A stretch of 64,000 nt of DNA from Ptychomitrium polyphyllum (GCA_973851085.1 OZ316776.1:12028001-12092000), one strand, 5' to 3'. Positions 28,124 to 42,580 are shown, numbered from the stretch's first letter. Made by a program: numbers and translations. Notes: generated from the sequence alone by a model not told the origin.

Positions 28124-29756
28124 CGAGCTAGACCTGGGAGTGCAACTTACCATATGTTCTTATCATACGTCTTGCAGCAGAGAAAGCTCATCTTCGTAGG
28201 AGCAGACGAACCTGATAAAGGAAGATTACGCCTGTACACTAATGTGTGCACTTACCTGCATTGCATTTATGGACACCTTGACACCAAAGCACTAACACAA
28301 CATCACCAATACAGGGAGTCAGTTGGTCTGTTTTTTCTGTGAAAGAGAGGGGAAGATTAAACAAGACTGTAGAAACCGAGTTAGGGGGCACATTGCCTAT
28401 GTGGCAGGAGAGTGCACAAACATGACATTTATAGGACAGGGACTGTACAGGTTCAAGTTTGGAGGAACTGGAGACCTCAATGCATGTGAGCCCTCTAATG
28501 ACATAGTATCATGCCACTGAAGAGAGTTATGTGAGTGATAAATTCATACTTCTCTAGCATATCTTATTTTATACTTTTTCTATCACATATTCCATTAGTC
28601 CTGTTTTTGTACTGATGTATCAATTATGAAATTGGGGTTTATATTGACTCCTACATTTAAATGTTACACAAACGTATTTGTATTTATAATAGAGCTTTGA
28701 TGTGAGAAGAGGATCATGTAACAAGATAAGAACAATCTTGTTGGAAGTGTAAGATTTTAGGGTTATCAAGAATAAATAAACATTATTATTAGCTAGCACA
28801 TCCAAATAAATAGTTTAAAAATTAATACTTGTTCAAAAATCATCATAAAAAGTATATCTGAAATGAAAATCATATCAATAAAGAGAAGAAGCTTTTAAGT
28901 CTTAATATTTTAGTATTTGGAATTTTTAGAATCCTTAATCTACCTCAAAGACAATTTTCTAACGTAAAGCGACTTTTAGAGCTTGGGTTTACAAATGTGA
29001 TTTATACTATACAATTCTGAATTACCATGATCGTTCAAAATAATAGCTCAAGATATTGAAGCAACTAATTACATAAATCCTACATGTTTTGAGGTATACA
29101 ATAACAGTGATACGAATTGCTATTTCCAATCTTGCAACACGTTTTCATACAAACATGCACCGCCATCGCTACTCCACTCCACCTTCAGGACCAAAGCGAC
29201 AGCTGGCTGTTGAGAACGATACAGATGACGATGAACTGACGGTCATTCATCTCCGTCACCGGAGCCCTAACGATATTTTCTCCTTGTCCATATCCGCCTG
29301 AAATCTGTCGGCCTCCGTCACCATCCTCAACGACTCCGACCTTCGTCGTCTCCTACGATCATCGACACCGAGCCCCAAATGGCAACCCCCACGCTCGACA
29401 CTTGTAGCGCTGCCAGCTTCCCCACCCCGCTGCTATGTTACCAAATTATTGATAGCCCAGCTCAGATTCTACGCAATTCCACCACCCCCGATCTGCCACG
29501 TGCACGTCCTCGCCGGTCGCGAGTTCAGCCCTCCGTATGCATTTCCGTCTCATGTGACTCTGTGGCTGTCCATTCATGTGTGTTGCGCATTCTTCGATTT
29601 CCTCATACCAAGTTCTCGCAGATTTCCTTACATTGTCTCGCAGATCGGACTAGAGCTTCCCCGCACTTTTATTTGAGCACTCTGCCGCCGTTTTCTGAGT
29701 TTGCGATTGCCCGTTACGGTAAGGTTTGTCAAGATTGAGTTCTTTAACGAGGTTAT

Positions 29757-30122
29757 TGAAGTTTGAGAGCCGGTAGGTAGGATGTTATTAGTTCCTGGTT
29801 GTGATGTGTAAGCTCGATGAGTTTTTCCTTTCAGCATTTAGTATAGAACTGTATTGCATTAGTAAGGTCTTCGATGTGTTCATTGCGCAGCTCCTGTGGT
29901 TATTTACGTGCATTGCGAGGTTTTATCGAGTTGAGTGGGGTTTGTGAAGTTTGAGAACCGGTAGGTAGGGTGTTCCTAGTGTGTGGTTGGTGATGTGTGA
30001 GCCTTATGTGTTTTCTCTCTCAATATTCAGTATAGAGCTGCTGTTGCCAGCTGTGCATTGGTAAGGCGCTTGATTTATCCACGGCGTATCTCGTGTGAAT
30101 AATCACATGCATTGCGAGGTTT
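29757..30122 (+). repeat. Diverged tandem duplication (~190-bp period, 2 copies) in the probable 5'UTR intron of the USP gene
   Basis: TGAAGTTTGAGAGCCGGTAGGTAGG...GCATTGCGAGGTTT (~29757-29923) recurs as TGAAGTTTGAGAACCGGTAGGTAGG...GCATTGCGAGGTTT (~29946-30122). Confidence 0.75.
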
Positions 30123-30270
30123 GGTGCTTGGAAGTAGTTTGTGATGACATCCTTACTGACTATTGTTTAACAGGTTGTTCCTATTCAGAATCGCGGAGAG
30201 ACTTTGTGCACGAGGTTTCCTGTGAGCTTACATCTTAGTTGGTGGAAAAGAAAAAAGCATCGCAGCAGCA

Positions 30271-33200
30271 ATGGCGAGCGAGAGGAAGATTATGGTGGCT
30301 GTTGATGATTCAGAAGTGTCTGCGTACGCCTTTACCTGGGCGCTACACAACCTGTTGCGCAAAACAGATCAAGTGATTGTGCTTACAGCTGCCCCTTTCG
30401 TTGATGTTACCTATCCGTCTTCAGACATGGCCTCTGGTATGTTGACCTATCTGTAAATCAATATGCATTACGTATTCTCAACTTGTGCTGAGTGAGGGCG
30501 CAGTCTGCGGAAAAGAGCCCTACTTTTAAGAGGGTTAGAATCCTTAGCATTGCAGGATAACATCATATGAATAACTCTAACTAGAAGGAATCGTGGTCTC
30601 GGGCTTTATATTTTCTGATCCTTCGATTGAAGATGTTAATTGACTTTCCATTTACTTGCTGCCATTTCTTACGAGAGCTATGCAGAACATGCTTTCGAAG
30701 TAGATACTAGGCTGTTAGAAGATTTTCATTACAATCACTAACAAGATCTCTTTGTGAGTAATGCAGAATACGGGCCGATGGTAATTCCGTCAGCAGTTGA
30801 TACAGAGAATACTGCGAAAAGTGTTAACGCGGACGCGAAGGAACTTATTGCGAAGTGTATTTCGCAATGCAACCATGCTGATGTAATCTACCGACAACTC
30901 TCTCCTTTACAAATGCAAAATTTCATTCCATGTATAATTATAGTGACAAGGATAGAAACGAACGGAAGATCTATTTTTGTAACTAATTCTGCACGAAGAT
31001 GTTGATTTCTGTGAATGCGACCTTAGCACTGTGATCTCTGTTCTGCGTAATTGTGTCTATTTTTCATAGGTTTTTGGCTATTCTTAAACTGAAGGAAAAA
31101 TATTAGCTAACTTGCTCCAGTCCACCTCTTCCTCCTAAATTTCTGTTAAAGTATAAACCTGTTCTGAAAATACTGAAAACACTGGCACATAATGTGGCCT
31201 GTGGATTATCTTATTTCTCCTATTCTATACGGATGATTGGCTAAAGGATTTTCATAATCTAGATAATGTAATCTCGAATACATTTGTTATGTATTACAGA
31301 TCTCCTGTACAGGAGAGATCGTGAAGGGCGATGCCGGAACGTGGATTGTTGACGAGGCCAACCGTCTCGGTGCAGATGTGATCGTGGTTGGCAGCAAAGG
31401 GTCTGGAGTCTTAAAGCGGTAAATATTCTTTTAATATTTCAATTGGAAACTCTGGTTTAAATGATCTTAGGCTTTTGCCATTTTTTCTAATCTAAGTGTT
31501 CTGTTGCATCTTATAGGGTCTTCATGGGAAGCAACAGTGATTATGTGCTTCACAATGCCACGTGTCCAGTGGCTGTCGTTCGACATGTGGAAGAGAATCT
31601 GAAGGTCCATGATCCACTCGGTTCTTCTGGAGGCTCCAGGAAGGTCGTCATTGCTGTGGACGAGTCACGAGAGGTACTCCAGCTATCTGTATCGCCATCT
31701 GTACTTATGTTCGCAACTCATGGAAATGATTAGTTAAAAGTAATTTAGATACTCTTATTTAGCGAAATAATTTACTTAAGGGCCATGTTCTAAATTTTAG
31801 TGCTTTATATTGAACTGATTCATGGTAACTCAGGCATTCACACGAGTCCAAGTTGGAGTTGAATATACATGACAGAGCTGAGTGATTCCAATTAGTACAT
31901 ACACTATGTAGCAAATTAGTAACTGAATTTGAAGCACATGCTGCAATGCTAGTAGGATTTTTAACGAACTCACGTTATTTTTTATTGATAATTATTTCGC
32001 AGTCCGTATACGCATTCAAATGGGCGCTAGAGAATTTCGCCAAGGAAGAGGATAATGTTATCCTTTACCACGTTAATCAGTCTGTACCACCTGTGACCAC
32101 AGCGGGTACCGGTAAGTACTTATTTCGTTAGAGTGTGTCCTCTTTATATGCTGATGCTTAGTCTACCTTGGAAGCCCCTTTCGGAATCCTCTGGTTAGGG
32201 GATGCTTGTGTTTCACCAATTTTGTTACTCTTGAGAATAGACTTTTAAAATGTTTTGTAATTTTCTATTTGATTGATTTGTTGGAGTATTTCTTCCTGAA
32301 CTCAGGAGAATTTGGAATTGAGGAGGTGTATGTTCCTACTGAAACTCTTGGGAAAACTGAGGTGGAAGCTTTGGATGAGAGCGAAAAGCTGGTGGAGAAG
32401 TATATGGAGTATGCTGCCAAAGAAACGAAGGTACACGCATTATTGATTAATAGTAACGCAACGTATGAAAATCTGCAGATTAGTTTATTTTACATTGTAT
32501 ATATGTGGCGGAATGAGTAAACAGGTACTGCTCAAATTGGTACGAGTCATCGAATCGATTTTGGGTGCAAGAAGAGTTTATTCTTGTTTCATGCAATTCT
32601 GAATTAACCTTGTAACTAGTTAAGAATGTAGAAAGTATACTTTGTAATGCCTAGATTCTTGAGTTTGTATGCGGTTTTATCAGTTAGAGCCTATTTAGAT
32701 TTTTCTAGGTGGAAGATATCTGCTCAAATCTGCTATACCGGTGTTGGATTCTTCTGTAATCGTTCCTAAACAGTTTGTCTAAGTTGACGGTATTAATCCC
32801 ATTATCGTATCTCCTTTCTTCAGATTAAGTGTGAGGGTATTGTTGTAAGCGGTCAACCTGAAGTGAAGGTTATTGAAGGACTGACAAACCTCCAAGCTGA
32901 TGCAGTCATCATTGGAACGCACGACCGTGGTTCTCTTTCTAGGTATGGCCTTGGTTTGCACCTGGCTTTGAGATTCAGATTTCATATATTCGCGACAGTT
33001 ATTGACTGCGATATTGCTTAAATTGAGTATTTTGTTATAAATATTTTTCGTTTAAGCCACCTTATTTTGAGACGTTAATAATCTCTCAAGAATTTTCTAA
33101 TCATGCATCTAATCAATCTAATTTTATCTGTTGAATTCTGCAGGACCCTCCTCAGTAGCGCTACCGATTATCTTGTGAACAACAGTCCATGCCCTTTGAT

Positions 33201-33276
33201 TGTAGCAAGGATGCCGAAGGTAGCTGAGCCTGTGACAGAACCGGAGACAGCTTCAGAGCATAAACACTCGACCTAA
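30271..33276 (+). CDS. Universal stress protein with two tandem USP domains, 347 aa, 8 exons
   Basis: Exons 30271-30436, 30767-30882, 31300-31418, 31517-31673, 32003-32111, 32306-32430, 32824-32942, 33144-33276. Domain 1: RKIMVAVDDSEVSAYAFTWA...VVGSKGSGVLKRVFMGSNSDYVLHNATCPVAVV. Domain 2: RKVVIAVDESRESVYAFKWA...IGTHDRGSLSRTLLSSATDYLVNNSPCPLIV. Confidence 0.9.
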
Positions 33277-36200
33277 AATCAGTTGCCAGCTCGTTAATAT
33301 CCTTCGTTACTTTGGATAGTTTAACTCTAGAGCCTTGACCTATATGCTGACCAAGGCTGCAACAGACATGTAAATAATTACGGTTGATTTTTTCCTAGAA
33401 TAGCATTGACCATTGTTCTGACTATGGAGCTCTTGAACTTTTTCCTTTTTATTAATTTGCCTTTTCATGCACTCCATTTTAATCGGGTTGCTTGCTGTGA
33501 AGCGGCTTTTACTGCAAGTTTTTGTGTCTCATTGTGAAGTTCAATTGTTGGCTAATTGCAAAATGGATATCACTACCACGAAATCAGTACAAGAGTTCGT
33601 TCAGCTCTGAGTCTGCTTGGAACAATAATGCATATACGTGCACAATTGAGTGACAGTTCTGAAATCGTTGTTGCTGATATTGAACTGTGGGTTTTCTTGG
33701 TCTAGACTGCACAGAAACTAGATATACTATGGTACGTCTTCTGTGGTGCGTAGTGTACATAATTGAAATCACAGATACAAGCATTTCACATAATTGAAGT
33801 AAGTTGCACCAACCAGTCTAGCACAGTTTAACCATTTATTTTATAAGATTTCATCACATCGACTTTTGCATGGATCACATGTTTGATCTGCATAAGCCTG
33901 TCTGGATATTGGCAATGAAAAATTGAACGTTGTAAGCTAGAACTTTCCATTCAAAATATCACGAGGCTTCTCAGAGCACTCTATTCTTTCAGCCGAGTTT
34001 GAGTATCAATCAACACAGCTCTCTCCAGGAACACCATCATACTGCATTTTGTCACATGATGATGAATGCTAATCCTCCATAAGTAATATTAATTTTAGAT
34101 AAGAAATATTAGGCTTACCTCACTATTACAACAATTGATCATACAATAATCTCAACTATATAACTCATTTTTGTATGACCAATTTACCTAGTTTAAAATT
34201 GCTTCTATGTTAAACTATGACACATTGTAATATAATAATTGAAATCTCCCATTTGTCATATAATAGAGATAATTAATGTTTAATATAGATGAATTTCATC
34301 TAAAATGATGAACATTTGAAAATATATATAATACTTCATTCATTTTTACTTGAAAATTTTATAAGAACTTCCAAAGTTTAGGGCTAGAAAATAGTTAGGG
34401 CTTGTGTGGTGGCTAGGATTGGTTACCATTAAGAAGTCTAGTATTATTGATTTAATATTTAGGGTGTTTGGTGTCATATTATTAAGATTTTCAAAATTTG
34501 ACCAAAATAAGTATAGAAACACATTACAATGGTTATAAAATATTGAAAATATTTTTCATGTCTACCAAAATTTGCAATACAACATTTTGATTACAAAACA
34601 ATCCTATAATTTTCTTGTTTCCCAAACCTATCATATTAACAATTAACAAAGGCCAAGGCGAAGGCCAGCAATCTCCTCCATATCTAGACGTCGCTCATCC
34701 TCGTCTTTTCCCAGCTGCACACAATTTCAGACTCCCGATGACCCTTACTGAATTACGATAGCTTTGCTTTTGCCAAGTCACCAAGGGACGGGTAGGAAGT
34801 TAAGAACGCAAGACCTCATGCTGGACCTGAGCTACAATCGCAAACGCTTCTATCCGTGTCGCTTCAGTATCTGCGATTGAGTATCTTGCGACGATAAGAT
34901 ATTTCAGGCGCTTCAGCTTTAATCTCGTTGTAGTGTCTCTGCCTTAGTTTATTCTCCTCGCTGAGCCCGACGTTCCGAATCATCTCTCTCACTTTTATGT
35001 GTAGTGCAGTAAATCTTATCTCTGGCTTCATCGTTGGTCATTCGGCCTTCTCCACTCCCTTCTTGCACACCTTCTAAAGATTCCAGAGTTTCTAGCCCTG
35101 GATATGATTGATTCGTGGGCGTGTATGTGTGAGAAAGACTTTGTAGAATTCTAAGGTTTCTGATGTTTTGGAATGTTTTAGAATTTTTGTAATCCTACAT
35201 GGGAGATTACGGGCTGCTTGGATGCTTCAAAACTGTTTGATGAGGTCAAAGGATATGTTAAAGTATTTATTTTTTCACACTCGAGTGTTGATTTTTTATT
35301 TCTAATGTTCTTTCTATATGTTGAAGTGCTTGTCAATGCGATTTAACTGTTAGGTTCAAGCAGTACAAGTCTGTTAGTATGGAGTATTGGATTAAAATTT
35401 GAATTGCTTTAAACTGATTAACTTGATAAACTACTTGGTTCATGAGAAACAACAAAATAAAGTTAAATTTGAAAGCTTTCAAAGTTAATGGTTTACAAAC
35501 AAGAAAGAAGAAAAATTGGGAAGAAAAAGAAAAACTAAGTTACTTATTACAATGAAAGAAGTATTAGATTGCCTATCAAATTAGCATATTTTTAATATGG
35601 TTTAATATTTGAATCTTTCTCAATCTATATATGATGATGGAGGTGGTATAGATGTTTATAATGACAAGTGATTTAGTAACAGACAATTAAATATTCCGAA
35701 TAGTACACTTGAGCAAGATCATAATAACATTGAAAAATCATCAAATGATTTCAAGCGCACAAGCTAAAATTTAATCATTTTAAAAAAGTTACATTCTTAT
35801 TGTCAATTAATGTATTGGATGATTTATTGTAAATACTTATAAAGAGTGAGAGCCATAATTGACAATCTTTAGCATGTAAAAGTCTATTGTAGGAAATAAA
35901 ATAAAATAAGTATAATGGTGAAACAATATTTTATTAGAAGGAAACACAAAAAATAAATGTTATATTGATATTTTTAATACATTTTTCTCCTCTCTTGCTT
36001 CATATAAAGCAATTCTAAAAGTTTCACTTTGATTCCAATAATTTCTTTTATTTGATTGCAAGCATAAGTCTATTGAATAGACTACTTGATTTTAATTAAA
36101 GCTATACAAAATTCCAAGGTGTATATTTTAGAGCTTTCCATTTCTTTTCAAAATCAATGTTTCAAAATATGTTTTGAAATATTCAATACAAAGTTCTAAA

Positions 36201-37031
36201 CTTTACATCCATGAAGTGTTTTATTCTATAGTCTTTCAGTCATAATAAGAATCCAATTTGCTACATGTTCATACAATTAAACATAGCCATAATACCATCA
36301 TGTTATTTATAGAGCATCTATAGAAAAATATTTTTATAAAAACACAAGGGAAAAAAAGGGGAGCTTGTAGGATCTAAAGAAACATAGTGAATATTTACAT
36401 TAAAAAAACATTCATATAAAAAACAACAAATTAAGCAAGAGGAAATAACAAATAAAAAACTTGCTTACACTTTGATGTCCATCAACCTCAATGACCATGT
36501 ATATAAGTATATTACAATATACAATACTACAACATCAAGCTCTAAATTGTACAAGTATCCTTAACCAAATGTAACAAGATGTCCTAGTGACTACAAAAGA
36601 TACGATATCTGAATCACCTTGTAACTTCAGCAATAACCTGTGTCAAATACTTGATACCAAGAGCTCCTCAGTGCTGCTCCCTTACAACCATATCTCCCAA
36701 CAAGATGCTCACGCCTCCCAACAACACTGCACGCAAGCATTTTGAGAAACACGAGAAAGATTCTTCAGCATTTCCATACATGTAGTTATGTACATGATAC
36801 GATATCAAAGTGTTCCTTCGTACACTTCTAAAGAGAGCCACTCATGTGTAATGAATACTCCCTTCAAAACGTAAGAATATTCCGAATCAGCCTCGATATC
36901 TTTATACAGTTGTAGCAAATGTATAAGCAACTATGAGTACATTTCATTATCCCCCAGAATTCCGACCATTTTCACGACTCAAACTCTTCGAGTACTACAA
37001 CAGCTCGTATCCATGTGCTTTTGCCTCTCCT

Positions 37032-38536
37032 CTATGCTTCGGACTTCACTTTGTCGGATTCGTCGGTGAATACACTCGTGCCATCTTGCTCTTTTGCGCT
37101 CCATACCTCACGTGCAATATCAGCGCCAGGCTTTTCCCTTCCAAGCTCTTTGACTTGAAACTCCTCAACCTCAGATTCCTCAAGATCACCTGCGCAAGAC
37201 AACAGAATTATATACAAAACAATAATCGTTGGTACCATGCATTATTCGCACAATCGCTTAGTATGATATACGATATCGACTACAGTCATAAAAGACAATC
37301 ACATGATGAACTATTGGGCAGCATTATGCTACGGCTAATTCCAACTTTCAGCGTACACCAGGACATAAGATATTTCTCTGCTCTGCTACAACTAACAGTA
37401 CAGCAGTGGGTTATCCAATGGAATGTCCAGAATCTAAGCTTACCAATTACATTGGATTGCCTGAAAAGCTCTTGACTAGCTTTCTCAATAAGCTCCTCCG
37501 GGTGCTTGTCGGTGTCCACCTCATCCTACATTCTTCAAAATGAGTAGTTACAAACCTGGATCATAAAGTGCAATCTGCTGCGAACTTGTCAACATAGTCA
37601 ACTCATCGCAATACAATATGCTAAAGCTTAGCACTCAACCGCTCTTAGGGGATGTCAAATGAGCTACAAAAACTGATGTATTCTGGAGTATCACCTTCGA
37701 TATCACACACAAGGGAGAAAGAATAAAAATTAAAAATCGCACTTCCTCCGTGTTTCAAAAGTTGCAATGGAGATGGACAAACCAATTCTTGACGAATTCC
37801 ATCAGAATGTGAGGCGCGTGCAATAAACCATACGTCCATACTAGACCAATCGTTGGGGCACCGGCCACTGAAATTTTCACAGTCGTCACATCTGGGAATA
37901 GGACCGAAGGGTGACCATCATTTACTTCTCTAATAGAAATTCGCTAGCTCATCAAGGGACATAAATCTTAACCCATAAATCTTTCCGAACAGTTTACGAA
38001 ATATCCGGTTAACCAAACACCAAAAAAGATAACCAGTTGCATGCAAAGACCTTTCCGATTGTTCAAAACAGGTAAAGGAGAAATTTATCTCCTCCTCGGA
38101 ATCGCCAGCACATCTTGAAAACCGACGCAACCAGAACAAGGTGTACTTGTTATGCTGGAAATTGTGCCACATGAAACCAGAACCAACGAATGATGACAAA
38201 TGCGTGACCAGGAGTTTCCTCAGCGAGATATAACTGAAGCTTCATGCTTACCTCATTCTCGTCAGGAGCTGCAGCATTCGCATGGTCTTCGTGGAAAGTT
38301 CCGAAGCCCATGAACCTCAAAGCCCCAACACGTGAAGTGGCACTCAATTGGATACACGCACCAGCAGCTCCTCTGGATTCAACACACCAAACCGACGAAA
38401 GGAAACCGCAAGGCGCATCCATCCTGCCAACCCTCGCGACAGTATTCTTCACCACAGGCCTCGCCACAAGACCCAGGGAGCCTCGTGAAACCATCGAGAA
38501 GAGTCGCCTCACATTCCTACAAACCACTGTCCGCAT
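37032..38536 (-). CDS. Unknown protein, ~174 aa, 3 exons; Arg/Ser-rich transit-peptide-like N-terminus and acidic C-terminus
   Basis: Exons 38536-38252, 37525-37444, 37189-37032 with GTAAGC donors and compatible phases (0, 1). MRTVVCRNVRRLFSMVSRGSLG...APDENE|DEVDTDKHPEELIEKASQELFRQSNVI|GDLEESEVEEFQVKELGREKPG...; no family recognised. Confidence 0.65.
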
Positions 38537-41500
38537 CGCGATTCGCCACGCCCTTCCGAAGCCTTACCCTAAAGGAAAAACCCAAGAACACGCTTGAGAG
38601 AGGATGCGTCCCGGATCGAGGTGAGCAACCAACACTAGGGGGGAGCTCCAGGGAGCTGCGACGAGGATCGCCGGAGCTGAAATGGCGAGCAGTGCTGTTT
38701 CTCGAGCACCAGCGGGGGCTCCATCGTGCCTCCCTGCCTCCTCTGCATGCCCGCCATCGCCGTCCTCTGCAAGGCGCATTTGCCACGCCCCTGTCCGCCG
38801 CTCCGTCCGCGCTCCGTCGGACGTTCGTTGGCCATTCTGCTTCCTCGCGCATCAGGATATGCGCCGTAAGGCGACGGAATGGGACGATGAAGCGACGAGA
38901 GGAGATCGACAAACGAAGTTGGCGGGACTGGACGGCGTCGATTTCTGGACGAAACGGCGGACACAGGCCGCATCAGGAGGCTGACATGTGCAGAGAGCCG
39001 CGTCGGCCCTTATGACGAACTCGTGAGCTCCGTCGTGGCCGCCGCGCGCCTTCTAATTCCGTGGATTGGGCGCTGGACGCCTTACCGCGTGCCTTCCAGC
39101 GTTCTCACTGGTTGTCCCCTGTTCCCGGTGCTCCGCACGGCGGTCCTCTTCGCTCGCTATAGAGGCGCACTCGTTTCCGGTGTTCCTCCAAGGTAGGGGC
39201 AGGCAGGCCCTACTTGGATCTTTACAAGGACTTTTAGATATCCATTCAGGTGTGGGATAGGAGGGGTACTCTGGTGAGAGAATATGTATTAAACATATAG
39301 TAAGTTTGCTGTGTGTGTGTAAATATATATATATATATATATATACTTTTTTGCAAAGAATTGAATCCTTTTAATTTGGTAATAGAAATTAAAAGTTTTT
39401 TCCAATACAACCTAGTACTACATCTACATGATAAAAAAACATACTTGCACTTCAATGTCACATGACCATACCAATAAAAACCATAAACCATCATTGTCTA
39501 AAGTATATCTTTTCGGATCAAAGGTTAGAAATGATAACTAAGCATATTAGGCATTAATATGGTACTTTGTAATTTCATGTGTTCAAAAAGTGAATTTGTA
39601 TGTAATTTCTATAAAAAAGTATTATTGAATTTGAAAATTGCAAGTTCCAAATCATTTGTAGACTACCAATATTGTCAATTTAGGCAATTTATTGAAGGTT
39701 ACCATTTTTTTAACTTTGATTTAAAATAGAATGTAGATTTTATTCACTTTCTATTTTAATTTAAAACAATGGTGGTTATAATGTTTTAATAAGCATAAAA
39801 ATATAAATCCTTTGTTTAGCATCAAACATAGGATGTGATATACAACAATTATATTATTAAGGTATTATAAAATTCATGATTAAACATATTATCAAAAAAA
39901 TTCAAATGACCATATAGTTTTAATAAACAAATTTTTTAAATCAAATATATTTTCAATAAGTTCTTTGATGAATTAATTTTTTTAAGCAAATATTTTGGTC
40001 ATCTAAAGATATCACAATGTAATTCATATAACTTCAAGATGATTTTGGCTCAAATACTTTTAAAATTTTGTCTTCATATTTATATTTATATATTTTTTTT
40101 CATATTTTTAAATTTTTTTCATATATCTATTAAATATACTCACTTTTATTCAATAAAATCTTTTATTTAAAATTATAAATACCAATTTTGAAACTCAAAA
40201 GGAAGAATTTCAAAAAAATCTATATAAGAGTATTGAAACATAAGCAATAAAAATTTTGAAGTTTAAATATTACATAAGATTTTCTTTTAAAAATTGCATA
40301 TATAATAATATATAATGTACATGATTTGATCATATTTTAATTTCTATAATTAATAATTGGTTGTGAATTAAATCAAATTGCATAGATTTAGATGTAACTA
40401 TAATTTCCAAAGCTACCATATGCATGAACCATATGTTTAGACCAATTTGAACAAATGATATTTCTAAAACAACTACCAACAAGTATTGAATATATTTGAT
40501 TTTTTAAATTATAGATAAAGTTAAATTTAGCCAAAATATGTTTTTAAAATATATGTAGTAGCCAAATTCTATTTTAAAAAGTATTAATTATTTTGCATGC
40601 AAATGCCAAATTCAATCATTAAATCAAGTATTACAAAATTATTATTATTATTATTTTCATTAATTTTTCTTTAAACTTATTATAGTGATTTATTGTCATG
40701 TTTTTCAAACTGATTAAATTTATTATATAGTTATAATAGATTACAATTCAAAAATCAAAATTAACTACATATATTTGTAGAGAGTTTATATGCATGATGT
40801 TTGATTTGCTAGTTTTTTTTTAAAAATGTTTATTTACTATCCAAATTCATTTTATGATTCTCTTTCTTTTGTTTTTTCTTCTAATTTTTTGTTTTTCTTA
40901 AGTAAAAACATGTTATTATTCAAATTTATATAAACATTGTGATATTTATTTTAAATTTAATTTAAATTTTATATTATTTAAATTTAAAAAACAAATTATT
41001 TTAGAGTTAAAAAAATTCATGAATAATAAGTGAAATTCAAAGATTTGTAATTCTATGACTTTTTAAAATATGAAGTTTTTATTTAGATTTTAAACAAAAA
41101 CTACTAGAATCTTAAAAGCATATATTTTTTTAAAAACTAATAAACCATTATCTTTGCAATTATGATTCTTTTGTATTATATAAATAATTATTATTAAAAA
41201 CACTTCATATTTCATATTAAAATTTTCAAGTTGTATAAAACTACTTAAACATTAAATTCTCATATAAAATAAAATTAATTTGTTTGTAAGAATAAAAGTA
41301 ATTGTAATCCAATAAATTAACTTTAATTTTTAAAAAATAAATTGAGCTATCTTTTGGATTTTGAATATAGTTATTCAAAATTTATTAATTTGGAAATTTT
41401 GATTGTATTTAATCAATCATTGTACTGAATTTGCTTAATCATTATTGTTATTCAATTTTGATATATTAATCTAAAACTTGAATGTGGCTAAAAGTCCTAT

Positions 41501-41969
41501 ATTAAATTACTTAAAATTGTAATAAAATAAATCTTATGAATAAGGATTATTATATATCTGTTCATTATTATGAAAAATCTAATAATTATATAGTATTTTA
41601 ATTTTAGTATTTTAATTTCAGTATTTTTATTTTGTTAAAATAATCATTTTTTTCCTGTATTTTTTTTCATGTACTTAAACTGTAATTAATATGCAATTCT
41701 CTTAGATTACTTAATTTACTTAATTGTATAGTTATATATATATAATCATATTTTTTTAATAATGTCTATAATATAATTCTTGCATATTAAATAATAAAAG
41801 TATATTTCATTATCTAACAATTAGAGTATGTATGCCTTAAACTTTGACATAAAGAAGAATAAAACTTACACCAATGTTACTTGTAATAAATTTAATGAAG
41901 AATATGTTGTATTAGGCTTTAAGTATTGATAATCTTTCTAAGTTATTTTCTTAATCCTTGAAATATTTA

Positions 41970-41973
<4 letters not shown>

Positions 41974-42005
<32 letters not shown>

Positions 42006-42040
42006 TTATTTATTTATATATATTTATATATTTATATATT
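41974..42040. repeat. (TA)n microsatellite / AT low-complexity tract
   Basis: Direct TA run followed by degenerate TTTA/TATA. Confidence 0.85.
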
Positions 42041-42100
42041 AAATTTTTATTTTTTTAAATTTTTTTTTAAGTTAATTTTTTTCACAATGCCAGCACGGGC

Positions 42101-42580
42101 AAGGATTGAACACAATGTTCAATCCTAGAGGATTTGGAAGTACGACTATTCATAAGGCCAATATGGGTAGAAGTTGAACATAGTATTAAATCCAAAAGAT
42201 TAGGATTTGATACTGTTATAAGGTCGGCATGAGTAGAGGTATTTAACCTTAGAAGATGTATGAATTGGCACAAATAAAAGGCAAGAATTGAAAAGAGTAT
42301 TTAACTCCAAAATATTAGGAACTTGCATAAAGTTAATGTTGGCAAGGTTTCAACACATTTTTCAAGCTTAGAAGATAAAATTGTAGCATTGTCATAAAGC
42401 TTGCGGAGGCAAGGATTGCATACAATATTCAATCTTTGAGAAATCAAAATTACCATTGTTTATAAGGCTGGCGCTGTTAAGGATTGAATACAAATTTCAA
42501 CCTTGGAAGATTAGAAATTGGCAGTGTTTATAGAGAGGGAAGGTGGAACATAGTGTTTAATGCTCGAGGATTAGCAAGGG
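42101..42580. repeat. Highly degenerate ~55-70-bp tandem repeat
   Basis: Recurring AAGGATTGAAYACAATRTTCAA.C...GAAGATTAG...TATAAGGC units near 42101, 42171, 42284, 42344, 42411, 42479, 42541. Confidence 0.5.

Noticed and set aside
35195..35260. PPR-like fragment (CLDASKLFDEVKG)
   Set aside because: Too short, with no supporting exons or repeats.
38332..39260. Long ORFs (227 aa plus strand, 131 aa minus strand and others) in a GC-rich block
   Set aside because: Low-complexity Arg/Ser/Pro translations expected from a GC-rich promoter or 5'UTR; they overlap the better-supported minus-strand gene.
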